This document shows, piece by piece, positions 41,015 through 50,161 of a stretch of 64,000 bases of DNA. The translations under genes were made by a program, and so were the position numbers. How positions within the stretch are numbered: the stretch's first letter is position 1; the number at the start of each line of letters is the position of its first letter. The notes under the pieces were generated by a model, which worked only from the letters and a program-made list of their open reading frames with translations, had not been told where the DNA came from and did no database searches. Source of the stretch: Bacteroidota bacterium (GTDB lineage Bacteria > Bacteroidota > Bacteroidia > Chitinophagales > Saprospiraceae); the NCBI GenBank assembly GCA_038528965.1, contig JBCBEC010000022.1, forward strand, positions 4,640 to 68,639, in the 5' to 3' direction.

Positions 41015-44000
41015 ATGTCCAATCAACTTCTACAACCTTATTTTTCCAGGCACCTTGCTTTTTTGATTGGTGTTCAGGAGTATCAATATCTGAATGACTT
41101 GGAAACGCCGCTTAATGACGTGCACGATTTAGCGGAAGTGCTGAAAAAAGAGCATGGATTTCAAGTAGAAAATCCCTTACTTAACCCTGATAAAGCGAGC
41201 TTAGAAGCATATATCCGAGATTATATTCCCCAAAAGGTAAAAGAGGAAAAAAATGATCGAGTCGTAATTTATTTTGCGGGTCACGGAGAAGCGGATATAA
41301 ATGAGGAGGGTTCGCCACAAGGCTACCTCCTACCCTCTGATGCGCTCTCTGGTAATACAAGTAGTTCTGTTCCCATGTCGCTGCTGCACAGTGTAGTAGA
41401 AGCTTTACCATGCCAACACCTACTACTTATTCTTGACTGTTGCTTTGCTGGTGCTTTCCAGTGGGATGTCAAGAAACGTGGATATTCTAAATCTCAAATG
41501 GGGAATAGATTATTTCGCGCTTATTTTGCTAGGAATGCTGAGAAAAAAGCCCGACAGGTCATTGTGTCCACCGGTGATGACCAGAAAGCAGTAGACATTT
41601 TGGACCGCCGTTTAGATCGGAATTCCCCCTTTGCTGCTGGTCTTATCAAGGGTCTACAGGGACTGGCTGATAATCCCAAAAATGGTTTTATATCGATAAG
41701 TAAGCTGGTAGGCTATGTGGATACATCATTGGAGGTAACGCTTTCAGGTAATGGTGAAGTAATCAGGCAAAAAGCTTTTGCGTATACGCTAAATAATCAT
41801 GAGCACGGAGAATTTTTCTTCTGCTCTCCATATACTAAAATCAGCCTTTGGGATGATGATTATCGTATTAATCCTTTTAAGGGCTGGGCGGCTTATGAAG
41901 AGGCTGACGCCTATCGTTTCTATGGAAGAGACGAAGACATGGAGCAGTTACTGGATACACTAGAGCAACATAAATATACCTTTCTACATGGTAGTACTTA
42001 CACTGGGAAAAAATCTGTAGTTACAGCGGGACTATTACCGGAGCTCAAGAGTCGTAATCTATCAGTATGCCGATTAATAGTAGGACAAATTGATCAGGTG
42101 GAGTTCGTTAAGCAGATCGAGAGGTATCATCGTGTTATAGTTATTTGCCCATCAGATGTTCATCTGCAAGTCGCTCGGGAAAACATTAAAACGGTGTTGG
42201 AGGCAACAGCCAAGCGTAGTGATATCCATGTTTTGTGCTGTGCAGATACGCATTTGTACGAGCAATTGCCTATAGGCGATTGGGCTAAGTTTGGCCCTAT
42301 TGAAAGCCTGAAACTAAAATCACTCACGCGCCTATCACTGCGAGATATGATTGAAAACCCACTGGTTTTCAGGGGCTTTGGCTTTGAACCGGCTAAACTA
42401 CCCGAGATTATACTGGAGGAGTTACGACCTACTCTAGCACCGCTACCCCTTTTATCTGCGACGATGCACGCTACGTTCCAAGACTTTATTGCAGAAGGCC
42501 GGCCCACCCGCATGATTACCCTGCAAAATTTCCAGCGAACAGGCGGTGTACAAGGGGTTTTTATTAAACAGTTTAAGACGGCGCTAGAGCAGCTAGACTC
42601 AGATGCCAGGCAGTGGGTAATGCTACTTTTAAGTCGTTTCATACAGCAAAGTGACCATCTTGTGCTAAGCCGGGACGTACAATTGCAGGAGCTAGAGTAT
42701 GAAGACCCAACAATTACAACACACATACTCGCCCTACTGGACCATCTACACAAGGCGGGTGTACTATTTCGGAAGAGGAATACTTACCAATTTGCCTATC
42801 CGCTTCCTATCAGTAGCTGGCCACCCTTGCAGACCTGGTTGCTGTCTATTGGTCAGGATAAAATTGATCTGCAACGCGAATTGTGGCTTGCTACTACTAA
42901 ATATGAGCGTTCAAAGCAAAATGAAGTTCGGATAGTAGGAAAGGAGAATAGCGAAACCGCTGAAGGCCTTTGGGGGTCACACTTAGAGCTTGCTAAGGCG
43001 CTTACACTTATGCATAGTCAACCGTACTTTTTCAATTCACAGGAAAAAGCATTTTTGACAGAGAGCCAAGCACAAAGAGAGAGCATATTAGTAGAAAAAT
43101 CTCTAGTCGGAGCAAAAAGTATAGCAAAGCATAGTCCAAATTTTGCTTTGCGGCTGTTGGAAAACTTGCACCGTAAACACCCTAAGAAAAAGTCTATCCT
43201 GAACGCTCTGGAAGAGTTGCTTTCTAACAGTTTGTTCTATGGGGTATTTGCTAACCCGCCAGTCACAAGTGAAGCCAAGCAATTTTGTTTTCATCCCTCG
43301 GGAAAATATCTTTTCCTGCTTAAAGATCAATTCTTAGAAGTAGTCAATTGGATCACGGGTCAGAAAAATACCCTTTCGCTATCTACTGCTCCCATCCAGA
43401 TGCAAGCTTATCGAGAAGCCGAAGCAATCTTGCTCTTGCTACCTGGGAAGTTACACTGTTTAGATGCAATGCTGGCTACCGAATGGACTAAGGAAATACC
43501 AGAAGATATTACGAGCTTCGCAATCGGTGAGACTACTGGTCATGTATATTTAATGAGTCAATTGGGGGTAGTATCTTGGATAACTACTGAAGGAGGAGTT
43601 TATGGGCAACAGACTATCGAGGCCCTCAAAGTAGGAAAGTTTCTTCAGGTAGACCCGAAGGAAGAATACTTGCTTATGGGAGGGCAAGTAGGAGCAAGCG
43701 TAGCCCATGGTCAGCTGGGGTTATTCCTAATTAAGGACGGACATTCTAGATGGGCACTTCAGCAGAAAAAAAAGATAAACCTCTTGCAAAAGTTATCTAC
43801 TCGAAATATTGGTTTACAGGCTATTGCCTTTTCACCTGATAGCCAAATAATTGCCGTAGGGCTAGGTAGTGAACAGATCATTTTTTCACGTACTAAGAAA
43901 AAATACGGAGAAGTCGTTTTGTATGATCTCTCTGGCCAACAATTAGCACTTTTAGAAGGATTTAAGGGAAATGTTTTAGCGCTAGCCTGGAGTTCTCACG

Positions 44001-45229
44001 AACAATGGCTGGCCACATCTAGTGATACCCGAGTTATCATCTGGAATATAAAAGGGGAACAATTACTTACGATACAGTGTAAGCATCCGGTATTGCAATT
44101 GGCCTTTATTCCCAATCGAGACGATTTCCTCTACTGCCTGGATCAGACAGGAACATTATTCTATGTTAAATTGACCCGTTTACAGTTACCCAATCTGTCT
44201 GCTGGTGTTATTAAAGAAGGGCTGCGTTCGATTGTTTCGAATGGGGAATACCAAGGAAATTATCACTTTGTGGGTGTAGAAATGCCACACCGACAGCAGC
44301 GACTCTACTATTGGGTAGCAGATCATACCAGGATTGTTCAAACTAGAGAATGGACAGTTCCCATGCCGATGAATGCTATCATTCCGCTGTCAAAATTAGG
44401 TATGTTAGCAGCGGCGGGTACAGATGGGAATATCTACTTCCTTAATTTGACAGACAAAGATAACTTCACAATAACTCCTCGGGCCCCACAATTAGCTCCC
44501 ATCTCTACTCTAGTTACGGATCAGCAACAGGACTGGTTAGCGTGGGCCTCAGCTCCAAAAACTGATTTACGCTTCAAGACCAGTGACCCAACTATCAACT
44601 TCATGCGATTCAACAATAAGACAGCAAAGAGTTGTCCCGTGGTATTGTATCATCTCGATACCAGAAAAAGTAGAGTGTTAGCCAGTTTCCCTGAAAATGT
44701 TATCCAATTACTATTCCACCCCAAGGAAGAACAAATTCTTATTGCATTAGAAAATGGCCTGATACAGCTCGTTGATTTTCAAGGTGTAATTCACTGGGAT
44801 TCAAAAAAGGATGGTTACCAATTCGGGCAGATCGATAAGATAGCGATCAGCAAAGATGGTAGGCGGTTGCTGATCGGAGGTGAGAAGTTGATTCTCATAA
44901 ACGATTTCAAAGACTTGGATCAACTCACAGCGGCAAAAGAAGGTGTAACCGCTATCGCACATGATCCCACCGGTGGGTATTTCGCCACTGGTTCAAAAGA
45001 TGGTTACCTACAAATATGGGCTGTCGATGGTACGCTATTAATCACATTTTTGAATGGAGAAAGCAACCGCCCAGTAACCTGCCTATCCTTTACTCCAGAT
45101 GGTAAATATCTAGTGGCCAGCCAAGATTATCAAGGGAGCTTTAAATGCTGGCATTCTCTAAAAGGAATGTTTGACACAGTGTTCATTCCTAAGCTTCCTA
45201 TTAGTAATAACAGTAATGCAAATATTTGA
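41015..45229 (+). CDS. Tripartite caspase-like protease / STAND-type NTPase / WD40-repeat protein (1404 aa)
   Basis: Caspase dyad 'VVIYFAGHGE' and 'LILDCCFAGAF'. P-loop 'FLHGSTYTGKKSV' in a ~350-aa NACHT/NB-ARC-like module. The C-terminal ~600 aa has WD40-like units ('FSPDGKYLVASQDYQGSFKCW', 'IAHDPTGGYFATGSKDGYLQIWAVDG', 'LAWSSHEQWLATSSDTRVIIWN'). Starts 8 nt after the kinase-like gene. Confidence 0.75.
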   Translation: MSNQLLQPYFSRHLAFLIGVQEYQYLNDLETPLNDVHDLAEVLKKEHGFQVENPLLNPDKASLEAYIRDYIPQKVKEEKNDRVVIYFAGHGEADINEEGSPQGYLLPSDALSGNTSSSVPMSLLHSVVEALPCQHLLLILDCCFAGAFQWDVKKRGYSKSQMGNRLFRAYFARNAEKKARQVIVSTGDDQKAVDILDRRLDRNSPFAAGLIKGLQGLADNPKNGFISISKLVGYVDTSLEVTLSGNGEVIRQKAFAYTLNNHEHGEFFFCSPYTKISLWDDDYRINPFKGWAAYEEADAYRFYGRDEDMEQLLDTLEQHKYTFLHGSTYTGKKSVVTAGLLPELKSRNLSVCRLIVGQIDQVEFVKQIERYHRVIVICPSDVHLQVARENIKTVLEATAKRSDIHVLCCADTHLYEQLPIGDWAKFGPIESLKLKSLTRLSLRDMIENPLVFRGFGFEPAKLPEIILEELRPTLAPLPLLSATMHATFQDFIAEGRPTRMITLQNFQRTGGVQGVFIKQFKTALEQLDSDARQWVMLLLSRFIQQSDHLVLSRDVQLQELEYEDPTITTHILALLDHLHKAGVLFRKRNTYQFAYPLPISSWPPLQTWLLSIGQDKIDLQRELWLATTKYERSKQNEVRIVGKENSETAEGLWGSHLELAKALTLMHSQPYFFNSQEKAFLTESQAQRESILVEKSLVGAKSIAKHSPNFALRLLENLHRKHPKKKSILNALEELLSNSLFYGVFANPPVTSEAKQFCFHPSGKYLFLLKDQFLEVVNWITGQKNTLSLSTAPIQMQAYREAEAILLLLPGKLHCLDAMLATEWTKEIPEDITSFAIGETTGHVYLMSQLGVVSWITTEGGVYGQQTIEALKVGKFLQVDPKEEYLLMGGQVGASVAHGQLGLFLIKDGHSRWALQQKKKINLLQKLSTRNIGLQAIAFSPDSQIIAVGLGSEQIIFSRTKKKYGEVVLYDLSGQQLALLEGFKGNVLALAWSSHEQWLATSSDTRVIIWNIKGEQLLTIQCKHPVLQLAFIPNRDDFLYCLDQTGTLFYVKLTRLQLPNLSAGVIKEGLRSIVSNGEYQGNYHFVGVEMPHRQQRLYYWVADHTRIVQTREWTVPMPMNAIIPLSKLGMLAAAGTDGNIYFLNLTDKDNFTITPRAPQLAPISTLVTDQQQDWLAWASAPKTDLRFKTSDPTINFMRFNNKTAKSCPVVLYHLDTRKSRVLASFPENVIQLLFHPKEEQILIALENGLIQLVDFQGVIHWDSKKDGYQFGQIDKIAISKDGRRLLIGGEKLILINDFKDLDQLTAAKEGVTAIAHDPTGGYFATGSKDGYLQIWAVDGTLLITFLNGESNRPVTCLSFTPDGKYLVASQDYQGSFKCWHSLKGMFDTVFIPKLPISNNSNANI

Positions 45230-45342
45230 TAACCGTATGTCGGCTCCTATTTACTCCTCATAACGTTACTTCCCGAATAGAGGTAGGCTTTTCTCAGATT
45301 GCTTTTTGTTATCTTTGTTCGCGAGTTTATATACAATTAAAA

Positions 45343-45627
45343 ATGGCAGACCAATCGGCAAAACTTCTGGAAATTTGTTTAGAAAATCCTTTGCTACAGA
45401 ACCTAGTTAAGGCTTTGGCAGAGGAGCTTAAAACAAGTAGTAATGATGAAGATGATTGGATTACAGCTGGGGAGGCAATGACAATACTTCAAATTTCATC
45501 TGCAACAACATTGAAGAAGTACAGAGAACAGAACGAGATCAAGTATAGCAAGCCTTCTGGTATGAAGCGTATCTTCTACAGTAGAAGTTCCATTCTCAAA
45601 TTCTTAGAAAAAAAATCTAATCATTAA
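45343..45627 (+). CDS. Small helix-turn-helix DNA-binding protein (excisionase/HTH_17-like, common on Bacteroidetes mobile elements)
   Basis: Internal start 'MADQSAKLLE...'. HTH-like 'WITAGEAMTILQISSATTLKKYREQNEIKYSK'. Lies at the cargo/backbone junction. Confidence 0.45.
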   Translation: MADQSAKLLEICLENPLLQNLVKALAEELKTSSNDEDDWITAGEAMTILQISSATTLKKYREQNEIKYSKPSGMKRIFYSRSSILKFLEKKSNH

Positions 45628-45631
45628 GATC

Positions 45632-45904
45632 ATGACTTATTCTGGTGACGCTGTATTAGAAGGTTTCAATTCTGGTTATGCTATTGAAAAATATAGGCCT
45701 GATATTGCATCTCAGATAAACAATTCTATTGGAGAAAGTCAGATTGATTTTTTTCGGGGCTTCGTCGCTGGAAGTCAACAGTACATCAAAGAACGTACCC
45801 AATCTAAAACTATCGGTAAGCTTCGTGATATTACCCGGCAAATACCTCGTCCCACTCAGAAGGGTAAGGACAGGCCCGATAAGGGCTTTGAGATAGATCG
45901 TTAA
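45632..45904 (+). CDS. Hypothetical protein
   Basis: ORF only. Confidence 0.3.
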   Translation: MTYSGDAVLEGFNSGYAIEKYRPDIASQINNSIGESQIDFFRGFVAGSQQYIKERTQSKTIGKLRDITRQIPRPTQKGKDRPDKGFEIDR

Positions 45905-45905
45905 C

Positions 45906-46952
45906 CTATGGCCTTTCTCGTAGTTTCTTTTTCACAAAGTTGACGAAAGCCCCATCTGCCTTTTCTGGGTTAAATCCATTCATAAGCTCATATGAAAACT
46001 GCGTGTGTAAGTTATCAAAGGACCAAGCCGTTCCTGATTGTTCGACCATCTGTCTCACCTTTTGTAGGGTTTCTGGCTTGATACTTGGAAGGTCCTTTAG
46101 CTTCATGACCGGTCTAAGTAAGCCAAATTCTACCTTGTCCTGTTCGTTTAATCGTAGCCAATAATCGGGTAAATGATCGTCCTTCTCGATCTGGCGAATG
46201 AAGTAGCGGAACTTCTTCAGCGAAGAAGTAGAACCAGTCTTTTCTTTGAGCTTTGTTAGCGAAATACTCCAGCTTTCCTGTTTGCCACAGTGCTTTCGAG
46301 CAATCTCATACAAGCGTCGCTCTAGCGCTTTTCCGAGCCAAAAATAACGACGACTTATAGTGAGTACCTCTTTACCGATGATAGAATTGAAGAACCATTC
46401 GGATAGGGTGATTTCCAAGCGGAGCATCCGGTTTTTTACCCTACTGCTTTCAATGATTTCGTAACTATCAATCAGACCAAAAGCGGAAGTGATTTCTCGT
46501 TTATCGGTCTTAATATTCGTTTTGATACTTACCCCTTGTAAGCGATCTAATGCCTTTTTGAGGAGGCCGTAGCCTTTGCCATTGGTTGGGCGGTTTGTAG
46601 CTACTAGGAGATCGTGACTGGATATTCTTAGTGTTCGTTTTGGTGTATTTCCTCTATTGATTGCATCCATAAGTAAAGACGCACAGTAGAGCAATACGTC
46701 TTTATCGAAAATAGTGGGTAGGCCCAATACGCTAGGAGCTATTCGTAAGGTGCTAGTACCATTGGTGTATTCCAATGTCCTAACATCCCGATTTTTGGAT
46801 AGCGAGAAAATGGGATGTTCCATTGAAGCAATGTCATCCTTAAGCGGCAGATTGTCAAAAATATCGGCGATGAAGAAGTCCTTGGTGGGGTGCCTTTCTG
46901 GAGCGAGTGTTGGCTTTACGGGCTTTAATTCTAGTGATTGCTGCATAGTCAT
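45906..46952 (-). CDS. repA: Replication initiator protein (RepA-family of Bacteroidetes plasmids/mobilisable elements)
   Basis: N-terminal 'FFIADIFDNLPLKDDIASMEHPIFSLSK' is characteristic of the replication-initiator-A family. Iteron-like direct repeats lie immediately upstream. Confidence 0.55.
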   Translation of the reverse strand: MTMQQSLELKPVKPTLAPERHPTKDFFIADIFDNLPLKDDIASMEHPIFSLSKNRDVRTLEYTNGTSTLRIAPSVLGLPTIFDKDVLLYCASLLMDAINRGNTPKRTLRISSHDLLVATNRPTNGKGYGLLKKALDRLQGVSIKTNIKTDKREITSAFGLIDSYEIIESSRVKNRMLRLEITLSEWFFNSIIGKEVLTISRRYFWLGKALERRLYEIARKHCGKQESWSISLTKLKEKTGSTSSLKKFRYFIRQIEKDDHLPDYWLRLNEQDKVEFGLLRPVMKLKDLPSIKPETLQKVRQMVEQSGTAWSFDNLHTQFSYELMNGFNPEKADGAFVNFVKKKLRERP

Positions 46953-46954
46953 TC

Positions 46955-47125
46955 TTCGTAACTTCGAGAACTAGCATAGCAGCTAGAATATCTTTGGCAA
47001 TATCAATTCGCAACTTCGAGAACCATCCCCAAAAGCGTTCGGAACTCTAGGAACCGATGTACGGAACTTCGGGAACTTTGGTTCGATACTTTAAGAACCT
47101 TCGTACGGAACTTTAGGAACCGCCC
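46955..47125. repeat. Iteron-like direct repeats upstream of repA (candidate origin)
   Basis: 'aacttcgagaac' appears twice (46960, 47012). 'ggaactctaggaacc', 'cggaacttcgggaac' and 'cggaactttaggaacc' (47041-47121) are variants of GGAACTNNNGGAAC. Confidence 0.5.
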
Positions 47126-47312
47126 AGTTGCGAAAAGTCAGGCTGAGCCTGGGTTTTAACGGGTGATTTCGTGCCGTAACACTACACTAACACACTATAT
47201 AACGTAAGTTATAACACTAGCAAAAGTGGCGGGTGCTTCGCACTGATTTAATAAGGAATTCGCTGACGCGAATCAGTTTTGGTATTTGCTATTGAAAGGA
47301 AAAAAGAAGAGG

Positions 47313-47912
47313 TTAGCCAAAGAAGTAGACAATGCCTATGATGAGCGTCACCATAATAACTGCAACAGCAAAGAATTTCAAAACATCGCCGATTTCCTTG
47401 ATTAGTGATGATCGGGAACCCTTCGTTTTTTCTTTTGGGCTGCGATGATCTTCCAGGAGTCGAGTATGTTGCGAAATGCTTTTGGTCAGTTCACCTACCT
47501 GTTGCTGCATAAGATGTTCACGCGCCTCTGCTTTACTGTCTCGATCTTGCGCCTCTAGTCGTTCTCGTATGCGTTCAGATTTCTCTTGTTCCAGTTGGGA
47601 CTCCAAGGATTCGATTTTATGCTGAAGTAGGGCAGCATTCACCATGTTTTGAGTTGTGCGCGGCTGTATTTTTGTGCTAGTTTTAGCTATTGTATTTGCG
47701 GCATTGCTCTTGTTAGACAGTATTTCCTGCATACGATCTGGGAACACCCGCTGCAATTCTATCAGGCGAATAACCTTATTTCCATTCTCATCTTTTTCAA
47801 AAGAGATACCGTCATTTCCAGCCGTTTTAGTACGCTTGTTAAGGGTACTGCGTGACTTGAATCCAAGTAGCTGCGTAGCCTCTGAAATGGTATATTTTTC
47901 CTTCATTTCCAT
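47313..47912 (-). CDS. Hypothetical coiled-coil protein with C-terminal TM; possible N-terminal HTH
   Basis: Start 'MEMKEKYTISEATQLLGF' is preceded by AGGAGG on the minus strand. Basic and coiled-coil middle, TM 'FFAVAVIMVTLIIGIVYFF' at the end. Divergent from the primase gene. Confidence 0.45.
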   Translation of the reverse strand: MEMKEKYTISEATQLLGFKSRSTLNKRTKTAGNDGISFEKDENGNKVIRLIELQRVFPDRMQEILSNKSNAANTIAKTSTKIQPRTTQNMVNAALLQHKIESLESQLEQEKSERIRERLEAQDRDSKAEAREHLMQQQVGELTKSISQHTRLLEDHRSPKEKTKGSRSSLIKEIGDVLKFFAVAVIMVTLIIGIVYFFG

Positions 47913-48046
47913 CTGTATCCTCCTGTGCTTTGGCATTATGTATTGATACAGGCAGTGTATTCTTACACCTTGCAAAGCGCAAGCTCTTTTTGCTTGTATT
48001 GCTGTACTAGAAGGGATAAGTTGTACTATAAGGTTAAGGAAAGGAT

Positions 48047-49042
48047 ATGCCAGCAAAAGTCATCAATAATACACAGTGGGCAAAGGAGAATATTTCTATG
48101 CCAGAGTTGCTGAGTCGCTTTGGCCATGAACCAGTACAGGCAGCTAAGAGTGGAAATGAGCTATGGTATATTTCTCCGTTTCGCTACGAAAAAGAACCTA
48201 GCTTTCATACCTCCTATTTGGGAGGAAAATGGATATGGAATGATTTTGGCCGAGGTGATGTACAAGGGAAAGGGACGGTAATTGGGTTCTTGGAACTTCA
48301 TGAAAATGTAGACATCAGCGAAGCACTCCAAATTCTGAAGAATCTGTTTCCACATAGGGGGACACCCGCTTCGATGGATGTGCTTAAGCGATTACCACTT
48401 TTCAAAGACATCGTACTTCATCAGCCGATGGAAGAGAAAGAAAAGGACTCCCTCGCTCTAGAAGTTTTGGATGTCAAAGAACAGATTTGGGACAGGAATT
48501 TGATTGGTTACCTATCAGGGGAACGGTGCATCAATCATCAACTGGCCCTACCTTACTTGCAGTGCATTAAATACAGGAATGTACGGACTGACAAAACCTA
48601 CCAAACCCTAGGCTTTGTCAATCTTTCGGGAGATTATGAGTGTAGAGATAAGTATTTCAAGGGCATACTGAGAGCACCCGATGCACAAGGCAGAAATACA
48701 ATTAAAGACATCTCCTTTGTACAAGGAACAAGCCAAGATGAAGTAGCCGTATTTGAGGGCTTCATGGATTTTTTGACGGTATTGACAATCAAGGATGTTC
48801 CAGTGCTCCCAGTGGACGTGGTTGTTCTGAACATGGTAAATATGAGACAGAGAGCGATGGAGTTTATCCGCTCGCAGAAGTACAAAACCGTATACACCTT
48901 TTTTGATAACGATAATGCAGGAGAGAAAACGACTCAACTATTTCAAGACAAGTTAGGAGAAGTAGTGAAACCTCAGAACCATCTTTATCAAGGCTACAAG
49001 GATTACAACCAGTACTATCAGGAACAAAAGAGAACGAGCTAG
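48047..49042 (+). CDS. Toprim-domain DNA primase-like protein
   Basis: C-terminal 'VYTFFDNDNAGEKT' is the Toprim acidic motif. The N-terminal region resembles primases of Bacteroidetes conjugative transposons. Confidence 0.55.
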   Translation: MPAKVINNTQWAKENISMPELLSRFGHEPVQAAKSGNELWYISPFRYEKEPSFHTSYLGGKWIWNDFGRGDVQGKGTVIGFLELHENVDISEALQILKNLFPHRGTPASMDVLKRLPLFKDIVLHQPMEEKEKDSLALEVLDVKEQIWDRNLIGYLSGERCINHQLALPYLQCIKYRNVRTDKTYQTLGFVNLSGDYECRDKYFKGILRAPDAQGRNTIKDISFVQGTSQDEVAVFEGFMDFLTVLTIKDVPVLPVDVVVLNMVNMRQRAMEFIRSQKYKTVYTFFDNDNAGEKTTQLFQDKLGEVVKPQNHLYQGYKDYNQYYQEQKRTS

Positions 49043-49062
49043 TTTTTTCTTTTCAACAGCAC

Positions 49063-49530
49063 TTACTCGGTTACATACCAATCGGAATTCTCAAAAATAA
49101 CCTCTACGTCAGCTTTGAATGCTTCATGGTCGAACGAACTAGTGATATCGTGCTCACCAATTGTATCAATCCCTTCTAGTAGTGCCTTCTCCATCAGCTT
49201 AATGACAGTTTCTTCATCAGCTTCAACAACGTCCTGAAAAGGGATTCGTATGCCAATATCGACACTGGCTTTGTCTGGATAGTAGTCGCTACCCACCCAA
49301 TTAGAAAAGTTAGGAGTGATTTTTTCCAAGACAACGAAGGTGAAGTAGAACTTGGTAATTCCTTCGCCGTAGTTGCGCAAGTCAATTTGCTCACGAAGTA
49401 CCTTCAAAAACAGACCAGGGTCTACTTTTGGGTACAACTCATGCCAGATACGACCAGAAATGAACAGTTGTTGTTCACCAGCCAAATCCTGAATGGGCGC
49501 AGTTTGTATTTGATCCTGATTAACTGTCAT
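49063..49530 (-). CDS. Hypothetical acidic protein
   Basis: ORF. Overlaps the upstream minus-strand gene by 11 nt. Confidence 0.4.
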   Translation of the reverse strand: MTVNQDQIQTAPIQDLAGEQQLFISGRIWHELYPKVDPGLFLKVLREQIDLRNYGEGITKFYFTFVVLEKITPNFSNWVGSDYYPDKASVDIGIRIPFQDVVEADEETVIKLMEKALLEGIDTIGEHDITSSFDHEAFKADVEVIFENSDWYVTE

Positions 49531-50161
49531 ATTTATTTCCTGGTGGTCGTGCTAAAATAACTTCTCGTGCTGTCGCTTCGGGCAGTAAGGGGTAATTATA
49601 GATCAACCGTTTCTCTTCCTTTAGGCATTCGCTGTACGTTCCATAGAACATTGGAAGGAATAACAAATTCTCGGCTCCATAGTTCCCTCCTGGGTATCGC
49701 TCGGCTTCTCCCTTGCGCGTTATTCCGTACTTCCAGACATTGCCTTTGTATAAATATATGGTCTTCAGCCCAAAAGGGCAAGATAAGCAAGGGTATTCAC
49801 CATTATACGAAGCGATCAGGGCATATTGGGTAGCATTATCTATCTCTTCCAGTTCTCGATCTAGTTTTGCTTGCCTTTCAGGAGAAAGGGTAATCTCGCC
49901 ATCAGGTGTTTCTATGATGCCAGGAGCAACCTTCTTACTGCTATTCAAAAAATGATAACCGGATAGAATTAAGGCGAACAAGAGTAACATGGCGATCCAC
50001 TTATGCCCTCTGGGGGCATTACCACTGTTTTTGTTGGAAACCACTCTTAGCCTTGTACGAGATAAAGTCCCGCTTTTTTTAGCGGGAGATGAGCTAGCCA
50101 TGACGCTATTTGGTTGGTGGATAGCATTCAAAGCTACGGCAAAGTGTTGATACTCACCCAA
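49520..50161 (-). CDS. Hypothetical membrane-anchored protein
   Basis: TM 'WIAMLLLFALILSGYHFL' and a Cys-containing C-domain. No family assignable. Confidence 0.4.
   Translation of the reverse strand: MGEYQHFAVALNAIHQPNSVMASSSPAKKSGTLSRTRLRVVSNKNSGNAPRGHKWIAMLLLFALILSGYHFLNSSKKVAPGIIETPDGEITLSPERQAKLDRELEEIDNATQYALIASYNGEYPCLSCPFGLKTIYLYKGNVWKYGITRKGEAERYPGGNYGAENLLFLPMFYGTYSECLKEEKRLIYNYPLLPEATAREVILARPPGNKYDS

Noticed and set aside
42160-42753. 197-aa minus-strand ORF inside the caspase-STAND-WD40 gene
   Set aside because: It is antisense to a motif-rich 1404-aa gene. The Cys/Ser/Arg-rich product has no start context.
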